In this document: positions 50,561-59,349 of the stretch, in pieces
Numbering within the stretch: the stretch's first letter is position 1
How the letters are laid out: every line of letters starts with the position of its first letter
NCBI GenBank assembly: GCA_963676795.2
Contig: CAXXTB010000002.1
Coordinates: 2,304,001 to 2,368,000, forward strand
Reading direction: 5' to 3'
Origin: Geopsychrobacteraceae bacterium
Lineage (GTDB): Bacteria > Desulfobacterota > Desulfuromonadia > Desulfuromonadales > Geopsychrobacteraceae
DNA length: 64,000 nt
The notes under the pieces: generated by a model
Told to the model about the DNA's origin: nothing
The model's input: only the letters and a program-made list of their open reading frames with translations
Database searches by the model: none
Position numbers and translations under genes: made by a program

Positions 50561-51294
50561 AACTCTGGATTGCCTTCTGGAATATCGTTGCCAAGGACTT
50601 CCGCACCTACTACCTGAAACCACCGAATATCAGCTGGGGAATGGTTTTCCCGCTGGCCTGGACCAGTATGTTCTTCATCAAATCGGGACGGGGGATCGAC
50701 TCGCTTTCAGCCGTTCTGCCGGGGGTCGTGGCTCTGTCGATCCTCTTCGGCACGACATCACTCCTGGCGGTCACCATTACCTTCGAAAAGAAGAACCGCT
50801 CCTTTGAACGGATGCTGCTGGCTCCGGTCCCGCTGGAACTGTTGATGCTGGCCAAAACCAGCGGCGCGATCATCTTCGGCACCCTCAACGCCTTTGTCCC
50901 AATCATTATGGCAGCGTTCCTGATCGATCTCTCCGGTCTGCACTGGCTGCTGTTCGTCCCGACCGTCATCCTGATCGCCGCGACCTCAACCTTTCTCGGG
51001 CTGTTTATCGCCGTGGCCGTCAGTGAAGTCTTTGAAGCACAGACCTTCTCCAACTTCTTCCGCTTTCCGATGGTCTTTCTCTGCGGTCTGTTCTTCCCGA
51101 TCAGCGTTCTGCCACTACTCCTCAAGCCGATTCCCTACATCCTGCCCCTGACCTACGGGGTTGATGTTCTGCATGGCCTGATCCAGGGCCAAAACCTGCT
51201 GCCCTACGCTGTTGACCTGGGGATTCTGGCCGTCTTCTGTATCGGCCTGTTCATGCTCAGTCTGCATAACATCAGAAGAAGCTGGATTGCCTGA
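50557..51294 (+). CDS. ABC-2-type exporter permease
   Basis: About six TMs, ER...AP, FLCGLFFP, PLTY; ATGA overlap with the ATPase gene. Confidence 0.88.
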   Translation: MKLWIAFWNIVAKDFRTYYLKPPNISWGMVFPLAWTSMFFIKSGRGIDSLSAVLPGVVALSILFGTTSLLAVTITFEKKNRSFERMLLAPVPLELLMLAKTSGAIIFGTLNAFVPIIMAAFLIDLSGLHWLLFVPTVILIAATSTFLGLFIAVAVSEVFEAQTFSNFFRFPMVFLCGLFFPISVLPLLLKPIPYILPLTYGVDVLHGLIQGQNLLPYAVDLGILAVFCIGLFMLSLHNIRRSWIA

Positions 51295-51332
51295 TTGAGA
51301 GGGAGGAAAAATACAGGACAATGCCTGTGTTC

Positions 51333-52448
51333 TTAGCTGAAGATGTCTTCTACCGGCCTGAGCTCCAGACCAAAAGCCTCGGCAACTCCCGGGTAACAGA
51401 CCTGGCCGTTAACAATATTGAGCCCTTCCTTCAGGGCGCTGTCGGCCTGCGCGGCCCCTTTCCAGCCCTGGTTGGCCAGTTTGACGGCATAGGGCAGGGT
51501 CGCATTGGTCAAAGCCAGGGTCGAGGTCAGCGGAAAGGCCCCCGGCATATTGGCGACACAGTAATGGACCACCCCGTCGACCAGGTAGATCGGATCACGG
51601 TGGCTCGTCGCCCTGGAGGTTTCAAAACAGCCGCCCTGATCGATGGCCACGTCGACCAGCACCGCCCCTTCTTTCATGGTCTGCAACATCTCGCGCTTGA
51701 TCAGCTTGGGAGCCTTGGCCCCATGGAGCAGCACGGCACCGATGACCAGATCGGCCTCCTTGACCAGATCACGCAGGACAGCGGGAGACGACATCAGCGG
51801 AAAACAGTTCTTCGGCATGATCTCATCGAGATAGCGCAGGCGATCGAGGTTGGTGTCGAGCAGATAGACCTTGGCCCCCAGCCCGCAGGCGATCTGAGCC
51901 GCGTTGGTACCGACGATTCCGCCGCCGATCACCACGACCGTTGCCGGGGCGACACCGGTGACACCGCCCATCAATATGCCGCGCCCGCCCTGCGAACGTT
52001 CCAGATACTTGGCCCCGACCTGCGCGGCCATGCGTCCGGCAACCTCGCTCATCGGAATCAGCAGCGGCAGTGAACCATCCGGCCGGGTCACCGTTTCATA
52101 GGCGACACAGACCGCTTTACGTTCGATCATCGCCCTGGTCAGTTCTTCGTCAGCGGCAAAGTGGAAATAGGTGAAAACCAGCTGCCCTTCGCGAATCATG
52201 ACATACTCGGAAGGCTGAGGTTCCTTGACATGCATGACCATGTCACAACCGGCATAGATCTCGGCGGCCGTGTTCTTGATAAAAGCGCCCGCTTCTGCAT
52301 AGGCCGCATCAGCAAAACCGCTGGCCTGACCGGCACTGGCTTCCACCCAGACCTGATGACCATTTGCCTTCAATACCTCAACACCGGCCGGCGTCATACA
52401 CACCCGGTTTTCGTTGTCTTTGATTTCCTTGAGGATTCCGACCAACAT
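51333..52448 (-). CDS. ald: Alanine dehydrogenase
   Basis: KEIK..E.RV, VKEP, PMSEVAGR, DVAIDQGGC.ET, VANMPG. Confidence 0.95.
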   Translation of the reverse strand: MLVGILKEIKDNENRVCMTPAGVEVLKANGHQVWVEASAGQASGFADAAYAEAGAFIKNTAAEIYAGCDMVMHVKEPQPSEYVMIREGQLVFTYFHFAADEELTRAMIERKAVCVAYETVTRPDGSLPLLIPMSEVAGRMAAQVGAKYLERSQGGRGILMGGVTGVAPATVVVIGGGIVGTNAAQIACGLGAKVYLLDTNLDRLRYLDEIMPKNCFPLMSSPAVLRDLVKEADLVIGAVLLHGAKAPKLIKREMLQTMKEGAVLVDVAIDQGGCFETSRATSHRDPIYLVDGVVHYCVANMPGAFPLTSTLALTNATLPYAVKLANQGWKGAAQADSALKEGLNIVNGQVCYPGVAEAFGLELRPVEDIFS

Positions 52449-52579
52449 AGCTGCTCCTTGATATATGAAAATGTGATTGTTCTATTTCTTGAATTTTAGC
52501 AGCTCTATTCGTGAATATTCCTGCAAAGAAAATAATTCGGGATATTCATTTCTGAGGAATCCTTTGCTATTTTATAAAA

Positions 52580-53059
52580 ATGCAAACAAATCCGCGAAAA
52601 TATTCTCTAGATGAGATTGATTACCGCATCCTGACAGCACTTCAGAAAGATGGCCGTCTTTCCTATGTTCAACTGGCAGAAAAAGTAGGGCTGTCGGAAT
52701 CGGCCTGCCTGCGCCGGGTCAAACTGCTGGAACAGAGCGGTATCATCGACCGCTACGCCATGCTTCTCAACCAGGCCGCTGTGGGAAAACCGGGAACGGT
52801 CTTTGTCAGGGTCTCACTGGAAGGGCAGCAGCATGACAAACTGCTTCAGTTTGAAAAGGAGATCGGCCGGGTCAAGGAAGTGATGGAGTGTTATCTGATG
52901 TCGGGGGACAGCGACTACCTGTTGCGCATCATCATCGATGACAACGACGACTACCTGCGGATCCACAACCGCCTGACCGCCATCACTGGGGTTCTGCGCG
53001 TCCAATCCTCCTTTGCCCTGAAGACGGTCATCCGCAAAACCGAAATCGCCCTGCCCTGA
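52580..53059 (+). CDS. Lrp/AsnC-family regulator divergent from ald (AldR-like)
   Basis: LDEID..IL..LQ.DGR, VGLS.S.C.RRV, SGD.DYLL. Confidence 0.9.
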   Translation: MQTNPRKYSLDEIDYRILTALQKDGRLSYVQLAEKVGLSESACLRRVKLLEQSGIIDRYAMLLNQAAVGKPGTVFVRVSLEGQQHDKLLQFEKEIGRVKEVMECYLMSGDSDYLLRIIIDDNDDYLRIHNRLTAITGVLRVQSSFALKTVIRKTEIALP

Positions 53060-53092
53060 AATCGAACCAACATGCAGCTTAGTTACAGTCCC

Positions 53093-53512
53093 CTAGGATT
53101 CGCTGGCGGCATCATCGAGGATCTGACGCACCTTACGGGCAAGATCTTTCAGGTTGAGCGGTTTCAGCAACAGGGCCCGGATGCCGATCTCCCGGACCCT
53201 GGCTTCGTTCGAAGTTGTACTGTATCCGGCACAGATGATGATCGGGATCTCCTTACGGGTCTTCAAAGCCGCCTTGGACAGCCTGTCTCCGGTCAGCTCC
53301 GGCATCGTCTGATCGCTGACGATCAGATCGAATTCGCCCGGATTTTCACTGAAGAAGCGCAGCCCTTCTTTGGCCGATGTCACTGCAGTGACCCGGCAAT
53401 CAAGGACTTCCAGCAGCTCCTTCCCCGGGTGGGCCAGCATCGATTCGTCATCAACCCACAGGATGTGCTCATGCCGGATTGAACGGGGATAGCCAGTCTC
53501 AGCGCTGACCAC
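53093..53512 (-). CDS. Stand-alone receiver domain, possibly a remnant of a hybrid kinase; start uncertain
   Basis: ILWVDDE, FDLIVSDQTMP, LLKP; the longer track ORF overlaps arginase in another frame. Confidence 0.6.
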   Translation of the reverse strand: MVSAETGYPRSIRHEHILWVDDESMLAHPGKELLEVLDCRVTAVTSAKEGLRFFSENPGEFDLIVSDQTMPELTGDRLSKAALKTRKEIPIIICAGYSTTSNEARVREIGIRALLLKPLNLKDLARKVRQILDDAASES

Positions 53513-53562
53513 ATGTTCGGACCGTTCTTCGCTGACGTGGTCAAGAAAAAAAAATAGCGGGA

Positions 53563-54468
53563 TTAGACAATACTCTTGCCGAATAATGACTCGATCAGCT
53601 CCACCGCCGTTTCCGCGGTACTGTTGGCGATGTCCAGAATCGGGTTGATCTCGACCACATCGACGGAGGTCAGCTTTCCGCTGTCGGCGATGGTTTCCAT
53701 CAGCAACTGCGCTTCGCGGTAGCTGATTCCGCCGTGACAGGGAGTTCCGACCCCCGGAGCATCTTTCGGATCGAGGCAATCCATATCGAGACTGACATGC
53801 AGGTAGGGGTGATCGCCCAACAGGGCCAATGCTTCACGGGCGATGGAGGCCATGCCCCGTTCATCGATATCGCGCATGGTGTAGATCCGCACTCCGTACT
53901 TTTTCAGCAGCTGTTTTTCCCCCTCGTCCAGGTCGCGAATCCCGACCATGACGATATCACGCCCGTGAAGCTTGGCACCGGGCCTGCCGACATTGACCAG
54001 CTCAAGCGGACCTTCGCCGAGCAAGGTCGCGACCGGCATACCGTGAACATTACCGCTTGGTGATGTTTCCGGGGTATTGGCATCCCCATGGGCATCAATC
54101 CATAGCACCCCCACCCCCTTGCGCCGGGTCACCCCGCCGATCGTACCGATCGAAAGGGAATGGTCGCCGCCGAGAAACAGCGGAACGGTGCCGTGACGAA
54201 CGGCCTGGGCAGCGCTCTCGTAGGCAACCTGGCAGACCTGACTGACGGCATCGACAAAAACCGAGGGTTCACAGGACTGGTTAAAACAGTCACGCACCGG
54301 CACATAGAGGTTGCCCGAATCATGCAGGTCGTAACCTAAAGCACGCAGGCGCTGCGACAGGCCGGCGTAACGGACCGCACTCGGTCCCATATCGACACCA
54401 CGTTGCCGCTGGCCGAGATCGATGGGCACACCAACCACATTGATTTTTTTTCCAGAGCGTACGGTCAT
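53563..54468 (-). CDS. rocF: Arginase
   Basis: [37 protein letters not shown]. Confidence 0.95.
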   Translation of the reverse strand: MTVRSGKKINVVGVPIDLGQRQRGVDMGPSAVRYAGLSQRLRALGYDLHDSGNLYVPVRDCFNQSCEPSVFVDAVSQVCQVAYESAAQAVRHGTVPLFLGGDHSLSIGTIGGVTRRKGVGVLWIDAHGDANTPETSPSGNVHGMPVATLLGEGPLELVNVGRPGAKLHGRDIVMVGIRDLDEGEKQLLKKYGVRIYTMRDIDERGMASIAREALALLGDHPYLHVSLDMDCLDPKDAPGVGTPCHGGISYREAQLLMETIADSGKLTSVDVVEINPILDIANSTAETAVELIESLFGKSIV

Positions 54469-54471
54469 GGT

Positions 54472-55566
54472 CTACTCCTTGAGATTGTTCCACAGGTTCA
54501 TCATAAAGTCCTGGGCATTGGTCAGAATCGCAACAGCCTGTGCCGACCCGCGATTAGCCAGCTTGTCGGCGCTGAATTCGGTCATATCGATGATATAGAA
54601 GTAAACAGGACGGACTGTTCCGTCAGTCATGACCCGATAACTGGGAACCATGTTACCAAAGGCGATGGAATGCAGCTGGGTCGCCAGGGCGATGACGGTT
54701 GTCGCCTTGCGGGCATGAATCCGCATGGCGTCCTGGGCCCGGTAGACATCGGAGATCACTTCCGGCAACGGTCCGTCATCGCGGATCGATCCCGCCAGCA
54801 CATAGGGAACCTGGTGTTTTTCGCAGGCATACATGATGCCGTTATCGAGCTTCAGCTCGGCGATTGTCCGCCTTATCGAACCGCGGCTGCGCACTTCATT
54901 GAGGATATCGAGATGGTTGTAGTGCCCCAACGGCTGCAGGGTCTGGGAATAGATATTCTGCCCGAGCCCTGTTTCAAAGCGCGCCGCTTCAAGATCATGC
55001 GTGGCCAGCGCATTCCCGGCGAGCAGAGCATGGCAATAACCGCTTTCAATCAACCCCTGCATGGCATTGCGGCTGTCCTTGTCAAAGGCGACGGCCGGGC
55101 CGAGCACCCAGGCGATGTAGCCATGCTCGCGGTCATGCCTGAGCATCTTGTAGAGATCGTCATAGGAACGGGAAAACGGCGTTTCCCGGGTTCCCCGGGT
55201 GCGGAAACTGAACTTGTCGGCAGCCAGATCCGCCGCACTGACAAAACCTGTGGTATGGACGAAGATCCCCTCTTCGCCGTTTTCAGTCCGGCCGATGGCA
55301 ACCAGATCCCCCTGCCTCACGCGGCGGGCTTCAACAACCTCGAGGTCTTCACCTTTCAGAACCAGAACCGCATCCATACGGCTCTCCGGAGCCAGTAACC
55401 AGACGCCCTGATCACGATGAACATATTCAGGATGATTGGAGGTTCCGTGATAATCGGCCGGAACGACACCGTCCTGCGGCGCCGCGGCAAACCTGGCAAC
55501 AGGGGCATCCGCCAATGGTGGAGAAGAAAAATCGGGTGGAGTATAGACTGGCAGAATCTGGGGCAT
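54472..55566 (-). CDS. TIGR00300/LOR-SDH-type ornithine cyclodeaminase-like protein (AgrE/ArgZ C-terminal homolog)
   Basis: SNHPEY, RMD, V.GPA, AGNALATHD.E, VLAGSIRDDGPLP, LHSIA.GN, KL..RGS.Q; GGAGG before ATG at 55566. Confidence 0.75.
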   Translation of the reverse strand: MPQILPVYTPPDFSSPPLADAPVARFAAAPQDGVVPADYHGTSNHPEYVHRDQGVWLLAPESRMDAVLVLKGEDLEVVEARRVRQGDLVAIGRTENGEEGIFVHTTGFVSAADLAADKFSFRTRGTRETPFSRSYDDLYKMLRHDREHGYIAWVLGPAVAFDKDSRNAMQGLIESGYCHALLAGNALATHDLEAARFETGLGQNIYSQTLQPLGHYNHLDILNEVRSRGSIRRTIAELKLDNGIMYACEKHQVPYVLAGSIRDDGPLPEVISDVYRAQDAMRIHARKATTVIALATQLHSIAFGNMVPSYRVMTDGTVRPVYFYIIDMTEFSADKLANRGSAQAVAILTNAQDFMMNLWNNLKE

Positions 55567-55706
55567 AAGAACCTCCAAAATCAGACGACAAACGACAGGT
55601 TGTACCAGACGTTGCTTTTTACCTGATATTAAGAGGTTATCCTAAAACCACCGATCTACAAGCCGCTCAGTGGCATCTTTCCCGGCGGCAGACCGGAGCG
55701 CGCTGA

Positions 55707-56354
55707 TCAGCGCATCAGCTTTACCAGGAGCTGTTCATCGAGCTGCTGTTTGAAGTTAGCAAGACTACCGTCATTCTCAATCACCAGATCCCAGTCAGCA
55801 TAGTCATCCAGAGAATTTTCACTGCTGTGATCATTAGCCCCGTTGAACCCGGGACGGACAATACGAATGAAAAATCCGCCATGCTTTTTTATCGTTTCAA
55901 GCTCGTTGATAAACCGCACATCATCGACCAGGACATGGGTCTCATCCTGATTCATCCCGGCCAGTTTGCGTTCCCAGGCCTTGGTCCAGTAGTCGGGATC
56001 CTGAGCACGACGATACTCGGTTCCCCACCACTGAAGCAGACGACGGATTGTCACCGCTGTCTGATCCGGCCGGACCTGAATCTCGGCATTCATCTCGACA
56101 AACTGCGACCACTCAGGACAGATCTTCAGGGCCTTTTCCATATTGACAGAAAAAATCTTCAGCTTATCGTCCTGATCACCGTAAACCAGCGGCAGCCCCT
56201 CTTGCGCTCCCGCCTCGCGCAGAAAACCTTCGATCTCTTCGCGAAGCATCGCCGCCATCGGCAGAATGACGATTCTGATGTCCTTGTGATCAAGAAGATA
56301 TCTTGCTGCGGTGGTTTTTCCCGATCCTGCTTTTCCGGCGAATCCGATGATCAT
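55707..56354 (-). CDS. Deoxynucleoside monophosphate kinase-like protein (phage type)
   Basis: IIGF.GK.GSGK, R.LLQ.WGTE..R..DP..W, DDVRF.NE, HSSE, I.NDGS. Confidence 0.75.
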   Translation of the reverse strand: MIIGFAGKAGSGKTTAARYLLDHKDIRIVILPMAAMLREEIEGFLREAGAQEGLPLVYGDQDDKLKIFSVNMEKALKICPEWSQFVEMNAEIQVRPDQTAVTIRRLLQWWGTEYRRAQDPDYWTKAWERKLAGMNQDETHVLVDDVRFINELETIKKHGGFFIRIVRPGFNGANDHSSENSLDDYADWDLVIENDGSLANFKQQLDEQLLVKLMR

Positions 56355-56526
56355 GAAGCCCTCTTGTGGTGGTAAAATCTAAAAAAATATTTGGCGCACG
56401 GCACAGGGAGTGTACCCAAATCGATGACAAATTTGTATAATTTTTGTGGCAGAACCAGAGCAGGCAGGAGAACACATCTTGCGACTCAAAGACTTCATTT
56501 CAAGCCCCGAGCCGGATACTCAACCT

Positions 56527-57048
56527 ATGAAAATCATTCACTGCAGTTTTGAGCAACATGCCGAAGACATTCTCGCCATCTTCAACGATGCAATTCTCAA
56601 TTCAACGGCCCTGTTCGTCTACCAGCCAAGAACAATGGCCTTTATGCAGGAGTGGTTTGCCGGCAAAAAGGAAAGCGGCATCCCGGTTCTGGGCATGGTC
56701 GACGATTCCGGAACACTCCTCGGCTTCGCCAGTTTCGGCCCCTTCCGCCCCCAGGCGGCCTATAAATACACGGTCGAACATTCGGTCTATGTCCATAAAG
56801 ACCAGCGCGGCCGGGGCATTGGTGAGCAGTTGATGCGGGAGCTGATCAAAATCGCCGAGCAGCAGCAGTACCATGTTCTGATCGCCGCCGTCGACGCGGC
56901 CAACCAGGGGAGCGTCGCCCTGCACAGGAAACTCGGTTTCAGTAATACCGGAAATATCAGGGAAGCAGCTTTCAAGTTCGGCCAGTGGCGGGACCTGGCG
57001 TTTTTTCAGCTGACCCTGGCGACACCCGACAACCCAACAGACGGATGA
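56527..57048 (+). CDS. GNAT N-acetyltransferase (phosphinothricin/methionine sulfoximine acetyltransferase-like)
   Basis: FR...AY.YTVEHSVYV, RGRGIG, N..S..LH.KLGF, KFG.W.D. Confidence 0.9.
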   Translation: MKIIHCSFEQHAEDILAIFNDAILNSTALFVYQPRTMAFMQEWFAGKKESGIPVLGMVDDSGTLLGFASFGPFRPQAAYKYTVEHSVYVHKDQRGRGIGEQLMRELIKIAEQQQYHVLIAAVDAANQGSVALHRKLGFSNTGNIREAAFKFGQWRDLAFFQLTLATPDNPTDG

Positions 57049-57151
57049 CAAGTAAAACTTATAGTTTTTTTCGCTGAGAACATAAGAATGCCCCATTCGA
57101 ATATAAACCGAGCCATTCTAAGTATCTCGGTTTATTGAACAAGAAAAGACT

Positions 57152-57382
57152 TGTCGGTTTTTTTTACACACCAGCACAAACGTAACTGCTCCGATAACAA
57201 ACTATAAAAATCAATGATAAAATTGCACAATTCCCGACAGCCCAACATTCATACGAAAAAAACCAAAAAAAAACAGTAACCAATTGAAAACTATTGGCAA
57301 TAATTAAATCACACTATCAATCACCACTTTATTAACTACTAAATCCATTGCCCATCAAAAAAATTATGGCATATTTAGTGCT
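57152..57382 (+). promoter_or_regulatory. Sigma-54 promoter plus upstream enhancer-like site typical of PEP-CTERM genes
   Basis: TGGCAT-N5-GTGCT at 57367-57382; TGTCGG..TTTACA at about 57152-57168; CCGACA at 57234-57239. Confidence 0.6.
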
Positions 57383-57427
57383 AGTGAGCATGACATACAA
57401 TTAACGAGTAAAAATGGAGAAACTTCG

Positions 57428-58180
57428 ATGAAAAACATTTTGCTGACTCTGCTGCTTGCCTTCTGCACAACCAGTGCCTTTGCCTACACTATTGAAGACA
57501 ATTACTGGGGATCGAATGACCATGGTTACGGCGATGTTATCAGCGGAAACTCAACTGCCGACAAAAATCTCTTCAGCGTCTGGGGCATGGACGTCGATTT
57601 TAGCGATGTTAGCATGACAGTCAAGGTCTATACCGGCTTTACCACGGCAAACGGTGTTCAAACCTTCGGAACAGATTTTGGTGATCTATTCATCAGCACT
57701 AACGGTTGGCAGGTCAACGGAACAGCTGATAACCACTACAAATACGACAACTATGAAAACATCAGCGACTGGGAATTTGTCGTAGACACCAGCAGCGGCA
57801 CACTTTACTCCGGTGATTTCGATGTTGTCCTTGCCCAAAGCGGTGGTGGTTATATTGTCCGCGACGGCCAGGAAGTGCTTTACGCATCTGGGGGCACGGT
57901 TGCCGGAACAGCAGATGTCGACCTGAGCAAGGTTGCCGGATCATACCTCACTGATGGCGTTTACGATCACCGCTATTATCTCGAATACAGCATTTCACTG
58001 GAAGCTCTGGGACTGAGCGGCGGTGAGGAGATTGCTTTAAAATGGGGGATGACCTGCGCCAATGACACCATCGAAGGAAGCACAACCGTCCCTGTTGCTC
58101 CGGTTCCGGAACCAGCCACAATTGTCCTGCTCGGTGCAGGGCTTGTCGGCCTTGGCTACTATCGGTGGAAAAAGAAATAA
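57428..58180 (+). CDS. PEP-CTERM sorting domain protein
   Basis: Signal peptide; C-terminal VPEP + TM + RWKKK. Confidence 0.93.
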   Translation: MKNILLTLLLAFCTTSAFAYTIEDNYWGSNDHGYGDVISGNSTADKNLFSVWGMDVDFSDVSMTVKVYTGFTTANGVQTFGTDFGDLFISTNGWQVNGTADNHYKYDNYENISDWEFVVDTSSGTLYSGDFDVVLAQSGGGYIVRDGQEVLYASGGTVAGTADVDLSKVAGSYLTDGVYDHRYYLEYSISLEALGLSGGEEIALKWGMTCANDTIEGSTTVPVAPVPEPATIVLLGAGLVGLGYYRWKKK

Positions 58181-58202
58181 ACCATTGACACCGCAATTGA
58201 AA

Positions 58203-58229
58203 GAGCCGCTCATTTGGGGCGGCTTTTTT
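58203..58229 (+). terminator. Intrinsic terminator after PEP-CTERM gene
   Basis: GAGCCGCTC..GGGCGGCTT followed by T tract. Confidence 0.65.
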
Positions 58230-58289
58230 ATTTGATGCTTAATTCACCAGCACATTTTCTAAATCTGTGTTTTCTGTCAGAATGACCGC

Positions 58290-59228
58290 ATGACGGATGA
58301 TTCTTTTGAAATAGGCCAGGATCAGTGGCTCAACCTGCCCGCCTCACTCGGCTCCGGAATCGATCAGGGCCAACTCTCCCCGCAACAGACCAGAGTCTGG
58401 CCTGTGGTTCTGGCGGCTAAAAAGATCCGCTACAAAATCGTCAAAGAGTCCGGCAAAAAACAGATCCTTGTCCACAAAGCAGACTTTGCCAGAGCCTGCG
58501 AAGAACTGAACCACTATGAATGCGAAAACCTTAACTGGCCGCCACCGCCACCAGAAGACCAGCGATTTTTCGAAAATATCCCGACGACGATCTGGGCCCT
58601 AATTGTCCTTGCCATCTTTCACAACATCACGACTGGACAATTCAATTCATATCTGCCAAACCTGGACTGGGTCGAGATCGGCAATGCGGCGGCCGGAAAG
58701 ATACTTCACGGCGAATGGTGGCGTCTCTTCACCGCGCTGACCTTGCATTCCGGGCCGTTGCACCTGGTCTCCAACCTGCTGATCGGCGGCATCTTCATGA
58801 TCCGTCTCTGCCGCCAGCTGGGTGCGGGTCCGGCCTGGCTTCTGGTGCTATTGAGCGGTGCCGGCGGCAACCTGCTCAATGCGCTGATCCAGAGCGCCCA
58901 GCACCGTTCGATCGGTGCCTCGACGGCGGTGTTCGGGGCGGTCGGGCTACTCGCCGTCCTCAACATGTTCCACTACCGCCACAGCCTGTGGAAACGTTGG
59001 CCACTGCCAGTTGCTGCGGCTCTGGCGCTGCTCGGACTGCTGGGCACAGCGGGGGAAAACACCGATGTCATGGCCCACCTGTTTGGCTTCGTCTGTGGAG
59101 TGGCGCTGGGACTGCTGGCGGGGATTCCACAGATCAGCTCGATCTTGAGGCGCGCACCTGCCAGATGGGGAAGTTCAATCCTGGCGCTGGCTCTGATTAC
59201 AGGTGCCTGGTTGCGCGCACTGGGCTGA
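58290..59228 (+). CDS. Rhomboid-family intramembrane serine protease with N-terminal soluble domain
   Basis: GEWWR..TAL.LH, HL.SN, GAS, AHLFG. Confidence 0.9.
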   Translation: MTDDSFEIGQDQWLNLPASLGSGIDQGQLSPQQTRVWPVVLAAKKIRYKIVKESGKKQILVHKADFARACEELNHYECENLNWPPPPPEDQRFFENIPTTIWALIVLAIFHNITTGQFNSYLPNLDWVEIGNAAAGKILHGEWWRLFTALTLHSGPLHLVSNLLIGGIFMIRLCRQLGAGPAWLLVLLSGAGGNLLNALIQSAQHRSIGASTAVFGAVGLLAVLNMFHYRHSLWKRWPLPVAAALALLGLLGTAGENTDVMAHLFGFVCGVALGLLAGIPQISSILRRAPARWGSSILALALITGAWLRALG

Positions 59229-59300
59229 AAAACCGGCTTTTTCACAAAAAATAATTTGCCGTCAGGCAAAGATCAATGGTACAACTCGCGCCGAGCTTTC

Positions 59301-59329
59301 GGCCACAGGATTTAGCCTGTGGCCTTTTT
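59301..59329 (+). terminator. Terminator-like hairpin in ABC-F leader
   Basis: GGCCACAGG-atttag-CCTGTGGCC-TTTTT, 20 nt before the ATG. Confidence 0.55.
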
Positions 59330-59349
59330 GTTGTTAAGGATAAGCAATC

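Noticed and set aside
57428..59228. Rhomboid as the sorting enzyme for the adjacent PEP-CTERM protein
   Set aside because: PEP-CTERM is processed by exosortases and rhombosortases act on GlyGly-CTERM; a terminator separates the genes
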